Below are positions 11,119-22,734 of a DNA stretch of 64,000 nt, in pieces. The notes under the pieces are model-generated. The model had not been told where the DNA came from. It made no database searches and saw nothing but the letters and a program-made list of their open reading frames with translations. A program made the translations under genes and the position numbers. The DNA is from an uncultured Candidatus Rokubacteria bacterium (GTDB lineage Bacteria > Methylomirabilota > Methylomirabilia > Rokubacteriales > CSP1-6). Every line of letters begins with the position of its first letter. Position 1 is the stretch's first letter. Location: the NCBI GenBank assembly GCA_963841755.1, contig CAWJDX010000025.1:67048-131047 (forward strand), in the 5' to 3' direction.

Positions 11119-12045
11119 ATGATGGACGTCGTCCTGCAGCAGGTGGTCAACGGGCTCGCGCTCGGCATGATGTACGCCCTGCTCGCGCTCGGCTTCACCA
11201 TGGTCTACGGCATCATCGAGCTGATCAACTTCTCCCACTTCAGCGTCTTCATGACCGGGACCTTCGTGGGGCTCACCGTCCTGAACCTCATGGGCGTCAC
11301 CGCGGTGTCCCGGGCGCTGACCGGCTGGACCCTGGTGGCCACCCTGATCGTCCTCTTCCTCGTCACCATGGTCATCACCGGCCTGCTCGGGATGGCGATC
11401 GAGCGGCTCTGTCTCCGCCCGCTGCGCAACGTCTCCGGGACCGCGCCGATGATCACCACCATCGGGGTCGCCTTCGTCCTCATCAACGTCATGCTGCTGA
11501 CCTTCGGGCCGCAGGCGCAGCGCTTCCCGTCGCTCCTGCCGAACTGGCGCTGGCCGCTCTACGGCACCGCCGAGATCACCTTCAAGCAGCTCGTGCTGTT
11601 CGCGGTCGGGCTCGTGCTCATGGTGATCCTCTCCCACCTGGTCAAGCGGACCACGCTCGGCAAGGCGATGCGCGCCACCGCGCAGGACGCCGACGCGGCC
11701 CGCATGATGGGCATCGACGTGGACCGGGTGGTGGTGCTCACGTTCTTCCTGGGCTCGGCGCTGGCCGGGGCGGGGAGCCTCTTCTTCGGCCTCTACTACG
11801 GCTTCACCGGCTACTACATCGGCTACACCACCGGGCTGCGCGCCTTCACCTCGGCGGTGCTCGGGGGCATCGGGAGCATCCCGGGCGCGGTGCTGGGCGG
11901 CCTCTGCATCGGGCTCACCCAGTCCCTCGGGGGCCAGCTCCTGGGCGTGAAGTGGACCGACGTGATGATCTTCTCGATCCTGATCTTCGTGATGGTCCTC
12001 CGCCCGAGCGGCCTGCTCGGCGTGCGCGCGCCGCAGAAGGCATGA
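11119..12045 (+). CDS. branched-chain amino acid ABC transporter permease (LivH-like)
   Basis: Intact 308-aa ORF, MMDVVLQQVVNGLALGMMYALLALGFTMVYG..., highly hydrophobic. Confidence 0.9.
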   Translation: MMDVVLQQVVNGLALGMMYALLALGFTMVYGIIELINFSHFSVFMTGTFVGLTVLNLMGVTAVSRALTGWTLVATLIVLFLVTMVITGLLGMAIERLCLRPLRNVSGTAPMITTIGVAFVLINVMLLTFGPQAQRFPSLLPNWRWPLYGTAEITFKQLVLFAVGLVLMVILSHLVKRTTLGKAMRATAQDADAARMMGIDVDRVVVLTFFLGSALAGAGSLFFGLYYGFTGYYIGYTTGLRAFTSAVLGGIGSIPGAVLGGLCIGLTQSLGGQLLGVKWTDVMIFSILIFVMVLRPSGLLGVRAPQKA

Positions 12046-14059
12046 TCGCGCTGCTGCTGCGGCGGCTCGGCGCGCGCCTGGGGATGGAGCGCTGGCGCGC
12101 GCTGCCGATCTCCCGGCGGCGGCAGATCCTCACTCCGGTGCTGCTCGGTCTCGGGCTGCTGTTCCCGGTGCTCAGCGGCAACGCGGGCAACGTGGACGCG
12201 GCGGCCAACGCCTTCACCTACGTCCTGCTGGCCCTCGGCCTCAACATCGTGGTCGGCTTCGCGGGCCTGCTCGACCTGGGGTACGCCGCGTTCTTCGCCA
12301 TCGGGGCCTACGGCTACGGGATCGCCGCCTCCGGCCAGCTCAAGCCCGAGTGGTCGAGCTTCTGGGCGCCGCTCGAGTGGGCCGGGCAGGTGAGCCGGCT
12401 CGTGATCCCCGGCCAGCCGGACACCGTGCAGTTCCACGTCGCGTTCTGGCCCATGCTGGCGGTGGCCGCGATCATCTGCGCGATCTTCGGCATGCTCTTC
12501 GGCGCGCCGACTCTTCGTCTGCGCGGTGATTACTTGGCGATCGTCACCCTCGGCTTCGGCGAGATCGTGCCGGTGGTGGCGCGCAACTGGGAAGGGCTCA
12601 CCAACGGGGCCCAGGGGCTGGGCGGCATCCGGACCCCGCGCTGGTTCGGCTACGACTTCGGTTTCTCGCCGTACCCCTACTACTTCCTCGGGCTGGCGCT
12701 GGTGGCGGCCGCGGTGTGGATCTCGATCCGGCTGCAGGAGTCGCGGGTCGGGCGGGCCTGGATGGCCATCCGCGAGGACGAGCTGGCCGCGGGGGCGATG
12801 GGGGTCAACCACGTCCACTACAAGCTGCTCGCCTTCGCGATGGGCGCGGCGGTGGGCGGGCTCGGCGGCACCTTCTACGTGGCCAAGCTCACCACCGCCA
12901 CCCCGGACATGTTCACGTTCCCGGTGTCGGTGATGCTGCTGGTCATGGTGGTGCTGGGCGGCCTCGGGTCGATTCGCGGGGTGGTGCTGGCCGCCCTCTT
13001 CGTGTCCTTCCTCCAGTCGGTGATCCTGCAGGACCTCACCGAGTACGTCCACGCCCTCGGCCGGCTCGTCGGGAGCGCCTTTCTCCAGCGGGTCGAGCTG
13101 ATCACCTCCCTCGAGCTGATCTTCGGGGTCATCCTGGTCGTGATGATGATCTTCCGGCGCGAGGGCCTGTGGCCGGCGGTGCGGCGGGTGTCGGCCCTCA
13201 CGCGCGAGCAGCAGACCGCGGCGCCCACCCGCGGCTCGGTCGTGGACCTGGCGTGGGCGCGCCCGGAGGCGGCGGGCGGGGCGGGCCGGCCCCTGCTCGA
13301 GATCGAGGGGCTGCGCAAGAGCTTCGGCGGGGTCGCGGCGGCCGACGACATCGCCCTGACCGTTCACGCCGGCGAGCTGGTCAGCGTGATCGGGCCCAAC
13401 GGGTCCGGCAAGACCACGCTCTTCAACCTGATCACCGGGCTCATCGTGCCGGACGGAGGGAGCATCCGGCTGGAGGGCCGCGAGATCGGCGGGCGGCCGT
13501 CGCACGAGATCGTCGCCGCAGGGGTCGGGCGGACCTTCCAGAACATCCGGCTCTTCAACAACCTGAGCGTGATGGAGAACCTCCTGGTCGGCGAGCACGC
13601 GCGGCTCGGGGCGGGCGTGCTCGGGGCGATCTTCCGTCCGCGGCGGGTCCGGCAGGAGGAGGCGCAGGCGGTGGAGCGCGCCCTCGAGGGCGTCGCGATC
13701 TTCGGCAACCGGCTGCTGCCGCGCATCGACCACCCGGTGTACGGGCTCTCCTACGCCAACCGGCGACGCACCGAGATCGCGCGCGCCATCATGACCCGGC
13801 CCAAGGTGCTCCTGCTGGACGAGCCCGCCGCCGGCATGAACCCGGCCGAGACCCTCGAGCTGATGGACCTGATCCGCGGGCTCCGCGGCCTCGGGATCAC
13901 GATCATCCTGATCGAGCACAAGCTCGACGTGGTCATGGACGTGTCCGACCGGGTGGTGGTGCTCGACCACGGGGTGAAGATCGCGGAGGGCGCGCCGGCC
14001 CAGGTCCGGAGCGACGAGCGGGTGATCGAGGCCTACCTGGGCCGCCGGCGGCGCGCCGC

Positions 14060-14063
<4 letters not shown>
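12042..14063 (+). CDS. fused branched-chain amino acid ABC permease (LivM-like) and ATP-binding (LivG-like) protein
   Basis: ATG 12042 overlaps the previous stop (ATGA). The N-terminal ~390 aa are hydrophobic (LNIVVGFAGLLDLGYAAFFAIGAYG). The C-terminal part has Walker A GPNGSGKT and Walker B LLLDEPAAGMN in one uninterrupted frame. Confidence 0.85.
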
Positions 14064-14794
<731 letters not shown>

Positions 14795-14828
14795 GGCCGG
14801 CGGCGCAGCCTAGGGCCAGCGGCGCCGC

Positions 14829-16948
14829 CTACGGAATGGTCGGCACGGCGCACAGCGCCGCGAGCTCCGGCGCGGTGACCTCCACCTCGAACCCCGCCTC
14901 CTGACGGTCCCGGTCCGGCCCGAGCTCGGTGAAGCACGCCTCGTCGCCGTAGCGGTGCGGGCCGAGCCGCTGGTAGAGCAGCGCGGTGCGGAACGCGGAG
15001 CCGGCGGCGCGGGCGGAGACGCGCAGGTAGCGCTCGGCCGGGGGCGCCTCCGCGACCCTGGGCGAGCGCCTCCCGGATCACCCGGCCGCTCAGCGGGCCC
15101 TTGGCCTGTAGCTCGATGCCGAGCACGTGGGCCAGCGTGATCGCGATGTCCGCGTTGCCGACCGGGGCGGTGTTCACGAAGCCCGGCTTGAAGTCGGGCC
15201 CGGCGGCGGCCATGAAGTTGTAGGTGTCGGCGCGGCTGAAGCTGCCGTGCATGCCCTGGCCGTGCTGGAGGTTGTTGTCGGTGATCTCCACCGCGGTCAT
15301 GTAGCGGTTGCCCGGGTCGGTGGCGAAGCTGCGGAAGTTCAGCACGACCGCCGGCGTGGGCAGTGTCGGCGAGCCCTTGAGGCCGATGGCGCTGAGCGGC
15401 AGCGTCCCCGGCACCTCCCCGTAGTTGTCGTCCACGAAGAGCCCGCCGGTGTAGTCCTGGCGGGACAGGATCGCCACGATCTGCCGCACCAGCGCCGGAT
15501 CGCGGTCGGGCACGTAGATGAGGTCGGAGCCGCCGTTGGCCGCCACCACGACTTTTGCATCAGTGGGGGCGTTGGTGGCCGGATCGGTGGGGCCGCCGAC
15601 GCGCCCGGTGCCGCCCACCAGGCCGTGGCCGGTGGCGGGCCGCGGCCGGGTCGTCGCGGTCGGCTGCTCGACGGTCGGGTCCACCGACTGGTAGACCCGC
15701 CGGCCGTCGACCGTGATCTGGCTGTCGGGGTCGAAGAGCGGCAGCGAGAGCCCGTGGGCGAGGTCGATGGCCACGAACCCCGGCGGCAGCGAGCCGGCGG
15801 TGACCTCCTGGCGGCCGGAGGCGTCGCGATAGGTCCGGCTCGCCGCGTAGCTCCGGGTGAAGCGCCGGCCGGAGGCGTCCAGGTCGCGCTTGCTGACCGT
15901 GGAGAAGCCGTGGTCGGCGGTGACGAAGACGTCGGTGCTGGCGGCCAGGTCCGGGTCGCTCTGGACGTAGTCGAGGATCTGCCGGAGGTTGTCGTCCGCG
16001 TTGCGGATGGCCGCCCGGGACGTCGGGCCATTGATGCCGGGTACGAGCGAGCCGAGGCTATCTCCCTGGTTGTGCTGGGTTCCGTCCGGGTCGCGCGACC
16101 AGTAGACCAGGATGAAGCCGGGACCGGCGGGCGAGGCCGCCTGCTGCTGCCTGAACGCGGGCAGGATCGCGCGGGTGATGGCGTCGGTGAAGTAGCGCTG
16201 CTGGGCGATGTTGGCCTCCCGCGTGCCCGGGGTCACGTTGTTCCCCGCGCGGCTGGGTGCGGGGAGGAGGCGCCAGCGGCAGGCCCGCCGCCTGCAGCGC
16301 CGCCTGGATCGTCGGCGTGAGCGGCAGGCCCGCGGGCGAGCCGGTGCGGTCGTCGATCACCACGGTGTCGGGCATCGCGAAGGCCCCGTTGACCGGGTTG
16401 CCCTGGGTGACGTCCTGGATGAGGGTCGGCCCGAGCTTGCCCACCGCGGCGGTCCGGAAGCCGTGCCGGCGTCCGGCGGCCAGCAGCGCCTCCTCGCCGA
16501 GGAAGTTGCCGCCCGGGACGTGGGCGTCGATGTCGCCCAGCACCTGGTTCTCCTCGATGAATGGAGTGAGGGTGCCGGGGCTCTTGCCGGTGAAGCTCGC
16601 GGGCCGGCCGTCGAAGACCGGGAAGCCCGCGAACAGGAAGTTGCTGAAGTCGGCGGTGTCCCCGGGATAGTGCCCGGTGGCGATGGCCGCCGCGTTCGGG
16701 GTGGTGAAGGTCGGGAACAGGGCGTGGCTGTTCGCGAAGTGGACCCCGCGGGTGCGGAGCGCGGTCATGGTCGGCGCGTCGGTCGGGTTCACCGCCTCGG
16801 CGCGGAGCCCGTCCATCACCACCACGATGACGTTGCGGCGCGGCCGGCTCTCGCGGCTCTGCGCGGACGACTCGCCGGTGGAGACGAAGCCGGCGCCGCA
16901 GATGATGACCGCGCCGAGAAGGAGCGGGAAGAACCGTCGACCTCGCAT
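14829..16948 (-). CDS. secreted alkaline-phosphatase / nucleotide pyrophosphatase family protein; two frame breaks (about 16250-16290 and about 15045)
   Basis: ATG 16948 after GGAGG. MRGRRFFPLLLGAVIICGAG signal, then NVIVVVMDGLRAEA...FPTFTTPNAAAIATG. It continues in ORF 14791..16236 (NNVTPGTREANIAQQRYF...VTADHGFS). My translation of the last segment in the next +1 frame gives ...ERYLRVSARAAGSAFRTALLYQRLGPHRYGDEACFTELGPDRDRQEAGFEVEVTAPELAALCAVPTIP* (stop 14831..14829). Length is 2 mod 3. Confidence 0.7.
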
Positions 16949-17006
16949 GGGTGCACCTCCGAGCGGGATCGTAGCGGAGCGGGATGACGCCACGATGACC
17001 GGCTCG

Positions 17007-18044
17007 CTACGGTTGGATCACGCCGCGCGCCGGCGCGATGTGGAAGAGGACGTCGCCGCCGGCCTCGCGCGCGGCGTCGAGCCGGAGGCTCCGATCGTGC
17101 GCCGCGAGGGCGCCCCGCCAGAGCTCGCTCCACGCCTCGAAGGCGGCGGGGTCGAGCGGCTCGAGGCCGCGGACGAGCCGCCAGCCCCGCAGCCGCACCG
17201 AGGCGACGCCGGATCCGCCCGTGACCTCGACCGCCTCGCCCTGCGCCTCCGCGAGCGCGGCCAGGTAACGCGCGAACGGCTCGGGCCCGCGGCCCTCGAT
17301 CTCGAGGAGCCGCGCGGTCTCGTCGTGGTACTGCATGCCGATGAGCCGGGCCGCGTGGCCGAGGAGCGCGCGGGTGTCGTCGGGCCCGAGCAGCGCGAGC
17401 GCGACCGGCAGCGTGGTTCGCACGTACTCCATCGCGTACCGGGCGACCACGGTGTCGAGCCGCTCGGGCGGCCACGCCACCGGGTCGAGCCGGGGCGCGG
17501 CGGCGGGGTCGAACGCGGGCATGCGCTCGCCGCGCGCGAAGCGCACGCGCTCGTCGGGGGCGAGGTCGCGGTCGTGCTCCAGGTAGTAGCCCTCGAGCCC
17601 GGGGTCGCCGTCCACCGTCTGACCGGTGCAGACGAAGCCCAGGCGCGGGTTGCCGAGGGTGACCCCGTTGTGGCCGTGCCAGCCGTGGAGCATGGCCGCG
17701 TTCACCCGGCTCGGGATCCCGCAGATCGACGCGCCGTACCAGATCCAGCGGGGCGGCGGGTAGCGCACCCACGCCTTGCGGTCGGACTCGCGCGCGTACT
17801 CGGTCTTCACCCCGCCGACCTGGTTGGAGAGGTAGTGGTACTGCGCGCACGCGACCGGGTGGGGCAGGCGGTCGAGGCCGAGCTTGGCGAGCCCGGGGAG
17901 GAACTTCTCGAGGTGCTGGCGCCGGAAGAGCCGGAAGACGAACTCCGCGGCCTGGTCCTCGCCCCGTCGCGTGACCAGGGTGAGGACCAGGCCGGTCAGA
18001 AGCGCCTGGTAGAGGACCGAGACGGCCCGGTGGCCGGCGGGCAA
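17007..18044 (-). CDS. hypothetical protein (about 345 aa), no family recognised
   Basis: Intact ORF with strong GC3 bias, directly downstream of the serine-hydrolase gene. The first in-frame start is TTG 18044, so the exact start is uncertain. Confidence 0.6.
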   Translation of the reverse strand: MPAGHRAVSVLYQALLTGLVLTLVTRRGEDQAAEFVFRLFRRQHLEKFLPGLAKLGLDRLPHPVACAQYHYLSNQVGGVKTEYARESDRKAWVRYPPPRWIWYGASICGIPSRVNAAMLHGWHGHNGVTLGNPRLGFVCTGQTVDGDPGLEGYYLEHDRDLAPDERVRFARGERMPAFDPAAAPRLDPVAWPPERLDTVVARYAMEYVRTTLPVALALLGPDDTRALLGHAARLIGMQYHDETARLLEIEGRGPEPFARYLAALAEAQGEAVEVTGGSGVASVRLRGWRLVRGLEPLDPAAFEAWSELWRGALAAHDRSLRLDAAREAGGDVLFHIAPARGVIQP

Positions 18045-18047
18045 CGG

Positions 18048-19320
18048 TCAGTCGACGAGCGCCGCCTGCACGAGCTGGCGGAAGAGATCGCGGTCCTCGC
18101 CGCGCCGCGGCCCCGGCTGCGCCTGGGTCATCCACACCACGATCATCTGCTCCTTCGGATCGACCCAGAACGCGGTGCCGGCGGCGCCGCCCCAGCGGTA
18201 CTCGCCCGCCGAGCCGGTGACCCAGCTGAGGCCCGTCTCCTTGCGCACCGCGAAGCCGAGCCCGAAGCCGTAGCCGCGCGCCAGGATCGGGGAGGCCACC
18301 CGGATGTCGCCCAGGTGATCGGAGGACATCTGGGCCACGGTGGCGCGGCCGAGGATCCGGACGCGGTCGAGCTGGCCGCCGTTCAGCAGCATCTGCGAGA
18401 AGCGCGCGTAGTCGGCGACCGTCCCCGCGCTTCCCGCGCCGCCCGCGTCGTTCTTCTGCGCCACCGTGACGTCGAGGAGCTTCACCGCGTCGCCGCTCAC
18501 CGGGTCCTTCGCGAAGGGCTGCGCCAGGCGCGCCGCCTTGCCGTTCGGCACCAGGAACGCGGTGTCGGTCATCCCGAGCGGGGCGAAGAGGCGCTCCTGG
18601 AGGAACTGGCCGAGGGTGGCGCCGCTCACCGATTCGACCACACGCCCCAGGACGTCGGTCGAGAGGCTGTACTCCCAGGCCGATCCCGGCTGGTGCGCGA
18701 GCGGCACACGCGCCAGGCGCTCGATCTGCTCGGCCGGCGTCACGTTCTCCCAGTCGACGCCTTCCTTCGCGTACGCCTCCTTCACCCCGGCGTGGCTCGT
18801 GAAGACGCCGTAGACGAGGCCCGACGTGTGGCGCAGGAGATCCTGGATGGTGATCTCGCGCTCGGCCGGCACCAGCGCGTAGGACACCCGGCCGGTCTGT
18901 GGATCCACGCGCGGGACGCTCACCTGGAGGCCCTTGAGCTTCGGGAGGTACTTGGAGACCGGGTCGTTGAGCAGGATCTTGCCGTCCTCGACCAGGGTCA
19001 TGACCGCCACCGAGGTGAAGGGCTTCGTCATCGAGTAGAGGCGGAAGATGGCGTCCTTGGTCATCGGCGCGCCGGACTGCGGATCGCGCTGGCCGAGCGC
19101 CTCGAAGTAGGCGACCTTCCCGCGGCGGGCCACGAGCGCCACCGCGCCGGGGTACCGGCCCTTGGCGATCTCGCCCTTCACCAGCTCGGTCACGCGCGCG
19201 AGGCGCGCGGAGGAGAGGCCGACCGCCTCGGGGCTGGCGGTGGGCAGGCCCTGGGCGAAGGCGAGGGAGGCGGTGAGGATGCAAGGCGAGCAGCGTGGCG
19301 CACGTCAGCGAGCGCTTCAT
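18048..19320 (-). CDS. serine hydrolase, beta-lactamase/esterase family (SxxK), signal peptide; frame broken near 19283
   Basis: ATG 19320 after GGAGG: MKRSLTCATLLA. The +1 frame then reads CILTASLAFAQGLPTASPEAVGLSSARLARVTELVKGEIAKG... into ORF 18048..19193, which carries the LYSMTKPFTS (S-x-x-K) motif. Length is 1 mod 3. Confidence 0.8.
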
Positions 19321-19354
19321 GGACGACCTCCTGGGCATGTGAAGGGTCACGGGG

Positions 19355-20881
19355 TCACTGCGCCTTGAGGCGGATGTCCTCGTAGGCCGGGAAGGCGAAG
19401 ACGGGGATCGCGTTGATGGTGTGCTCGGCCACGCGGGGTCCGACCCCGATGAGGCCGCGCAGGTCCATGATCGGGGCGAACATCACCCGGTCCACCGTGG
19501 CCTGCTGGATCCGGTGGAGCAGCGGCCTCGCGGCGGGCCGGGTCGCGCTCGCGCGCCTGCTGCAGGAACAGCTCGTCGAGATCGGGGTAGCCGCCGTAGG
19601 CCGCCGCGCCCTTCGAGTAGACGAACGATTCGATGCGGCTGGCCGCGTTGCCGGAGTTGCCGACCGCGACCATGAAGAGCCCGCGGAGCTTCTTCTCCTG
19701 CCAGTCCGCGTAGAAGGCGGCGCGCTCGGTCGGGCGCATCCGCACCCGGATGCCGACCGCGTTGAGGTTGTTGAGCACGGCGTCGCCGACGGTGGAGAAG
19801 CCGGGAATCGCGGTGAAGGTGCCCGCGTCGATGCCGCGCGGGTAGCCGGCCTCCGCGAGGAGCTGCTTGGCCTTCGCGGGATCGTAGGCGGGCGGCGGGA
19901 CCTGGAGCGCGAAGTCCATCACCCGCGGCACGAAGACCCCGGTGGGCGGGCAGTGGCCGAGGCAGGCCGCCTCGTTCGTGCGCCTTGCGGTCGAGCGCGT
20001 GGTTGACGGCCAGGCGCAGCCGCCGGTCGGCCCAGGGCGACTTGGGATCCCACTGGTCCGCGAACTCGATCCAGAAGATCGACGCGTGGCGCGTGGCCAC
20101 GAGCTGGTAGCGCGGGTCGCGCGTCACCGCCTCCGCCTCGGGGCCGTCGAGGAAGAGGGCGTAGTCGGTCTCGCCGCTCTTGAGCATGGTCAGGCGCGTG
20201 GTGCTGTCGGGCACGCTCTTCATGACGAGCCGCTTGACGTAGGGCGCGTGCCGCCAGTACCCGGGGAAGGCCTCGAAGGTGATGTCGATCCCGGGCCGCT
20301 GGCTCACGAACTTGTAGGGGCCCGCGCCCACCGGCCGCTGGCGGAAGCCGTCGGCCCCGACCTGCTCGAAGTACTTGCGGGGCAGGACGATCCCGGCCGC
20401 GGTGGCGGTGGTCCCGTAGAAGGTCATGAAATCGGGCCACGGCTCCTTCAGAGTGGAAGCGGATCACCGTCGGGTCGACGACCTCCACCTGGCGCACGCG
20501 GGCCCGGAACTCGCGCGCGCCCGCGCCCTGGTAGCGCTCGAAGCTCCACTTCACGTCGTCGGTGGTGAGCGGGTCGCCGTTGTGGAACTTGAGGCCGCGC
20601 CGCAGCCGGAACTCGTAGACGAGCCCGTCGGCGCTCTCGGTCCACGACTCGGCGAGGCTCGGCCCCATCTTCTGGCCCGGGAGCGGGCGGACCAGCGCGT
20701 CGTGGATCGCGTAGAGCACGCCGAAGGGCGTGATCTGGGCCGGCGCGGTCGAGGGATCGAACCAGGTCGGGGCCAGCGTGACGTGGAAGGAGACCGCGAC
20801 CTCGCCCGCGGGCGTCTGGGCCGCGGCCGGCGCCGCGCCCAGCAGGAGCAGCAGACGATCAGGAGCATCGACTCTGAGCAT
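19355..20881 (-). CDS. ABC transporter substrate-binding protein, family 5 (orphan); three frame breaks (about 20450, 19988, 19527)
   Basis: ATG 20881 after GAGGAGGG. The pieces 19919..20881, 19483..20427 and 19347..19931 join as ...VIRFH/LKEPWPDFMTFYGTT..., ...DRKA/TNEAACLGHCPPTGVFVPRVMDF... and ...DPARRE(A)/LLHRIQQATVDRVMFAPIMDL...AYEDIRLKAQ* (stop 19357..19355). Confidence 0.75.
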
Positions 20882-20903
20882 CGGCGGCCCTCCTCGAGAC
20901 CCC

Positions 20904-21960
20904 TCAGGCGTAGGTGAAGGCCCGGCGGGGGTTGTCGACCAGCAAGGTCTGGATGGTCCGGTCGTCGGCGCCCCGGTCGCGCAGGCGCGGGATCACGTTG
21001 ACGAGCAGGTGGTGATAGCCGAAGCCGCCCCACTTCGTCAGGCAGTGCTTGTAGGCGATGTCGTGCGACATGAGGATCTGGGCCAGGTGGCCGCGCTCGA
21101 TCAGGAACAGGATCTGCCGCATCCGCTCGCCGTCGTTCGGCATGTCGAAGGCCGGGTTGTACGGGTAGTACGAGGTCTCGAGGCCGAAGAGGTCGTACTC
21201 GAGGCGCACCCCGGTCGCGGCCAGCTCGAGCAGCACGCCGCGGTCGGCGATGGTGCGCTCGATGTGGCACATGATCGTGCGCTCGAGATCGGCGCCTTCT
21301 TTTCGGATGAAGTCGACGATCGCGAGCGGCAGCCGCTCGTGGCGGCCGGGGTGGATCATGAGGGCGGCGCCGGTCTCGCGCTGGGCCGCCACCGCCGCCC
21401 GCACCACCTTCTTCTCGTTGTCGGTCCAGGGCCACGTGGTGCCGATCTCGCCGATGAAGCCCGCGCGCACCCCGGTGCCGTCGACCCCGACGGTGAGATC
21501 GGTGACCAGCTCCCGCGCGATGTCGTCGACGGTCCTCGTGTCCATGCCGGGCGGGTGAGCGGCCGCGACGTAGTAGCCCGAGCCCATGATGATGTTGAGG
21601 CCGGTCGCCCGCGCCACCCGCGCGAGCGCGAGCGGATCGCGCGCGAGGCCTCGATTGGTCGGGTCCACGAAGGTCTGCCCGCCCGCGTGCTTGAACAGGA
21701 GGGCCTCGTCGCGGGCCACCGTCTCGTCCAGGAGCTGGAGGTTGTCGAGGTTGGAGCTGAAGTGGTGCCGGACCCATCCGAGGTTGGCCAGGCTCACCGG
21801 CTGCCGCGAGAGCCCGCGCTCAGCACCGGTGGCGGGCTCGCGGAACATGACCTCGAAGTCGATGAGCAGGTGCTCGTGGGGCAGGGTGATGCCCATCGCG
21901 TCCCCCGCGATGGGGCCGAGCACGGTCTGGGCCTGGCCGGCGAGCGCGTGCGTGCGCCAT
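20904..21960 (-). CDS. phosphotriesterase-related (PTE/aryldialkylphosphatase family) metal hydrolase; probable frame break in the first ~12 codons
   Basis: ORF 20904..21923 has GITLPHEHLL (HxH) and a TIM-barrel amidohydrolase-like body. The listed start is GTG 21923. An ATG at 21960 directly abuts the upstream stop (TGAATG) and is one base out of frame. Length to that ATG is 1 mod 3. Confidence 0.8.
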
Positions 21961-22734
21961 TCAGATCCCCGCGTACCACTCGTAGCCGCGGTCTTCCCAG
22001 TAGCCGCCGCGGCCGCGGGCGATGTGGTCGAAGCGCTCCACCAGCTCGACCGCCATCACGTACTTGGCCATCTTGTAGCCGAGCTGCCGCTCGACGCGCA
22101 GGCGGAGCGGGGCGCCCTGCGCCACCGGCAGGGCCTGGTCGTTCATCTCGTAGGCCAGGATGGTCTGCTCGTGGTAGGCGTCCACGAGGTCGATGGATTC
22201 GTAGTATGCCTCGCCCGAGCCCGCCATGAGATCGGCGCAGCGGAGGACCACGTAGCGGGCCTCGGGCCGCACCCCGGCCCCGTCGAGGAGCGCGCTCATC
22301 CGCACCCCGGTCCACTTGGCGATCGCGCTCCAGCCCTCGACGCAGTCGTGCCGGGTGACCTGGGTGCGGGCGGGCAGGCGGCGCAGCTCGGCGAGGGACA
22401 GGCGCGCGGGGCGCTCGACGAGGCCACGGACCTCGAGCCGCCAGTTCGCGAAGCCGGCGGTGGCCATGGCCTGGTAGGCGTCGGTGCCGGGATCGATGGT
22501 GCCGTTGCCCGGGAACACCGCGGAGCGGGCGGACTCCGGGAACTCGCGGGCGAGGGCGCCCCGCCGCGTGAGGGTCCGCTGCACCCGGTGGGTGACGGCC
22601 TCGCCCGCGTGCAGGAGCCGTGCGACCCACGGCGTGCCGGAGAGACGATCGCAGCCGGCCAGGAGCGGGGCCGCGGCCAGGGCCAGGCCGCGCAGCACGA
22701 AGCGCCGCCGGTCGAGCGGACGCGGCTCAGCCAT
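21961..22734 (-). CDS. molybdopterin-dependent oxidoreductase (sulfite-oxidase/YedY-MsrP fold), Tat signal
   Basis: ATG 22734 after GGGAGGG. MAEPRPLDRRRFVLRGLALAAAPLLAGC, then ...RHDCVEGWSAIAKWTGV...PLRLRVERQLGYKMAKYV. Confidence 0.8.
   Translation of the reverse strand: MAEPRPLDRRRFVLRGLALAAAPLLAGCDRLSGTPWVARLLHAGEAVTHRVQRTLTRRGALAREFPESARSAVFPGNGTIDPGTDAYQAMATAGFANWRLEVRGLVERPARLSLAELRRLPARTQVTRHDCVEGWSAIAKWTGVRMSALLDGAGVRPEARYVVLRCADLMAGSGEAYYESIDLVDAYHEQTILAYEMNDQALPVAQGAPLRLRVERQLGYKMAKYVMAVELVERFDHIARGRGGYWEDRGYEWYAGI

Noticed and set aside
18045-18050. The TGA ending the beta-lactamase-fold gene (18050..18048) is in the same frame as the next ORF (17007..18044). It could be taken for a third selenocysteine or read-through site.
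   Set aside because: The hydrolase already has a complete C-terminus. The TGA is not at a redox or Cys position. No comparable hairpin with a GU loop lies about 21 nt downstream (only a weak 4-bp CCGG stem). Same-frame adjacency has a 1-in-3 chance expectation.
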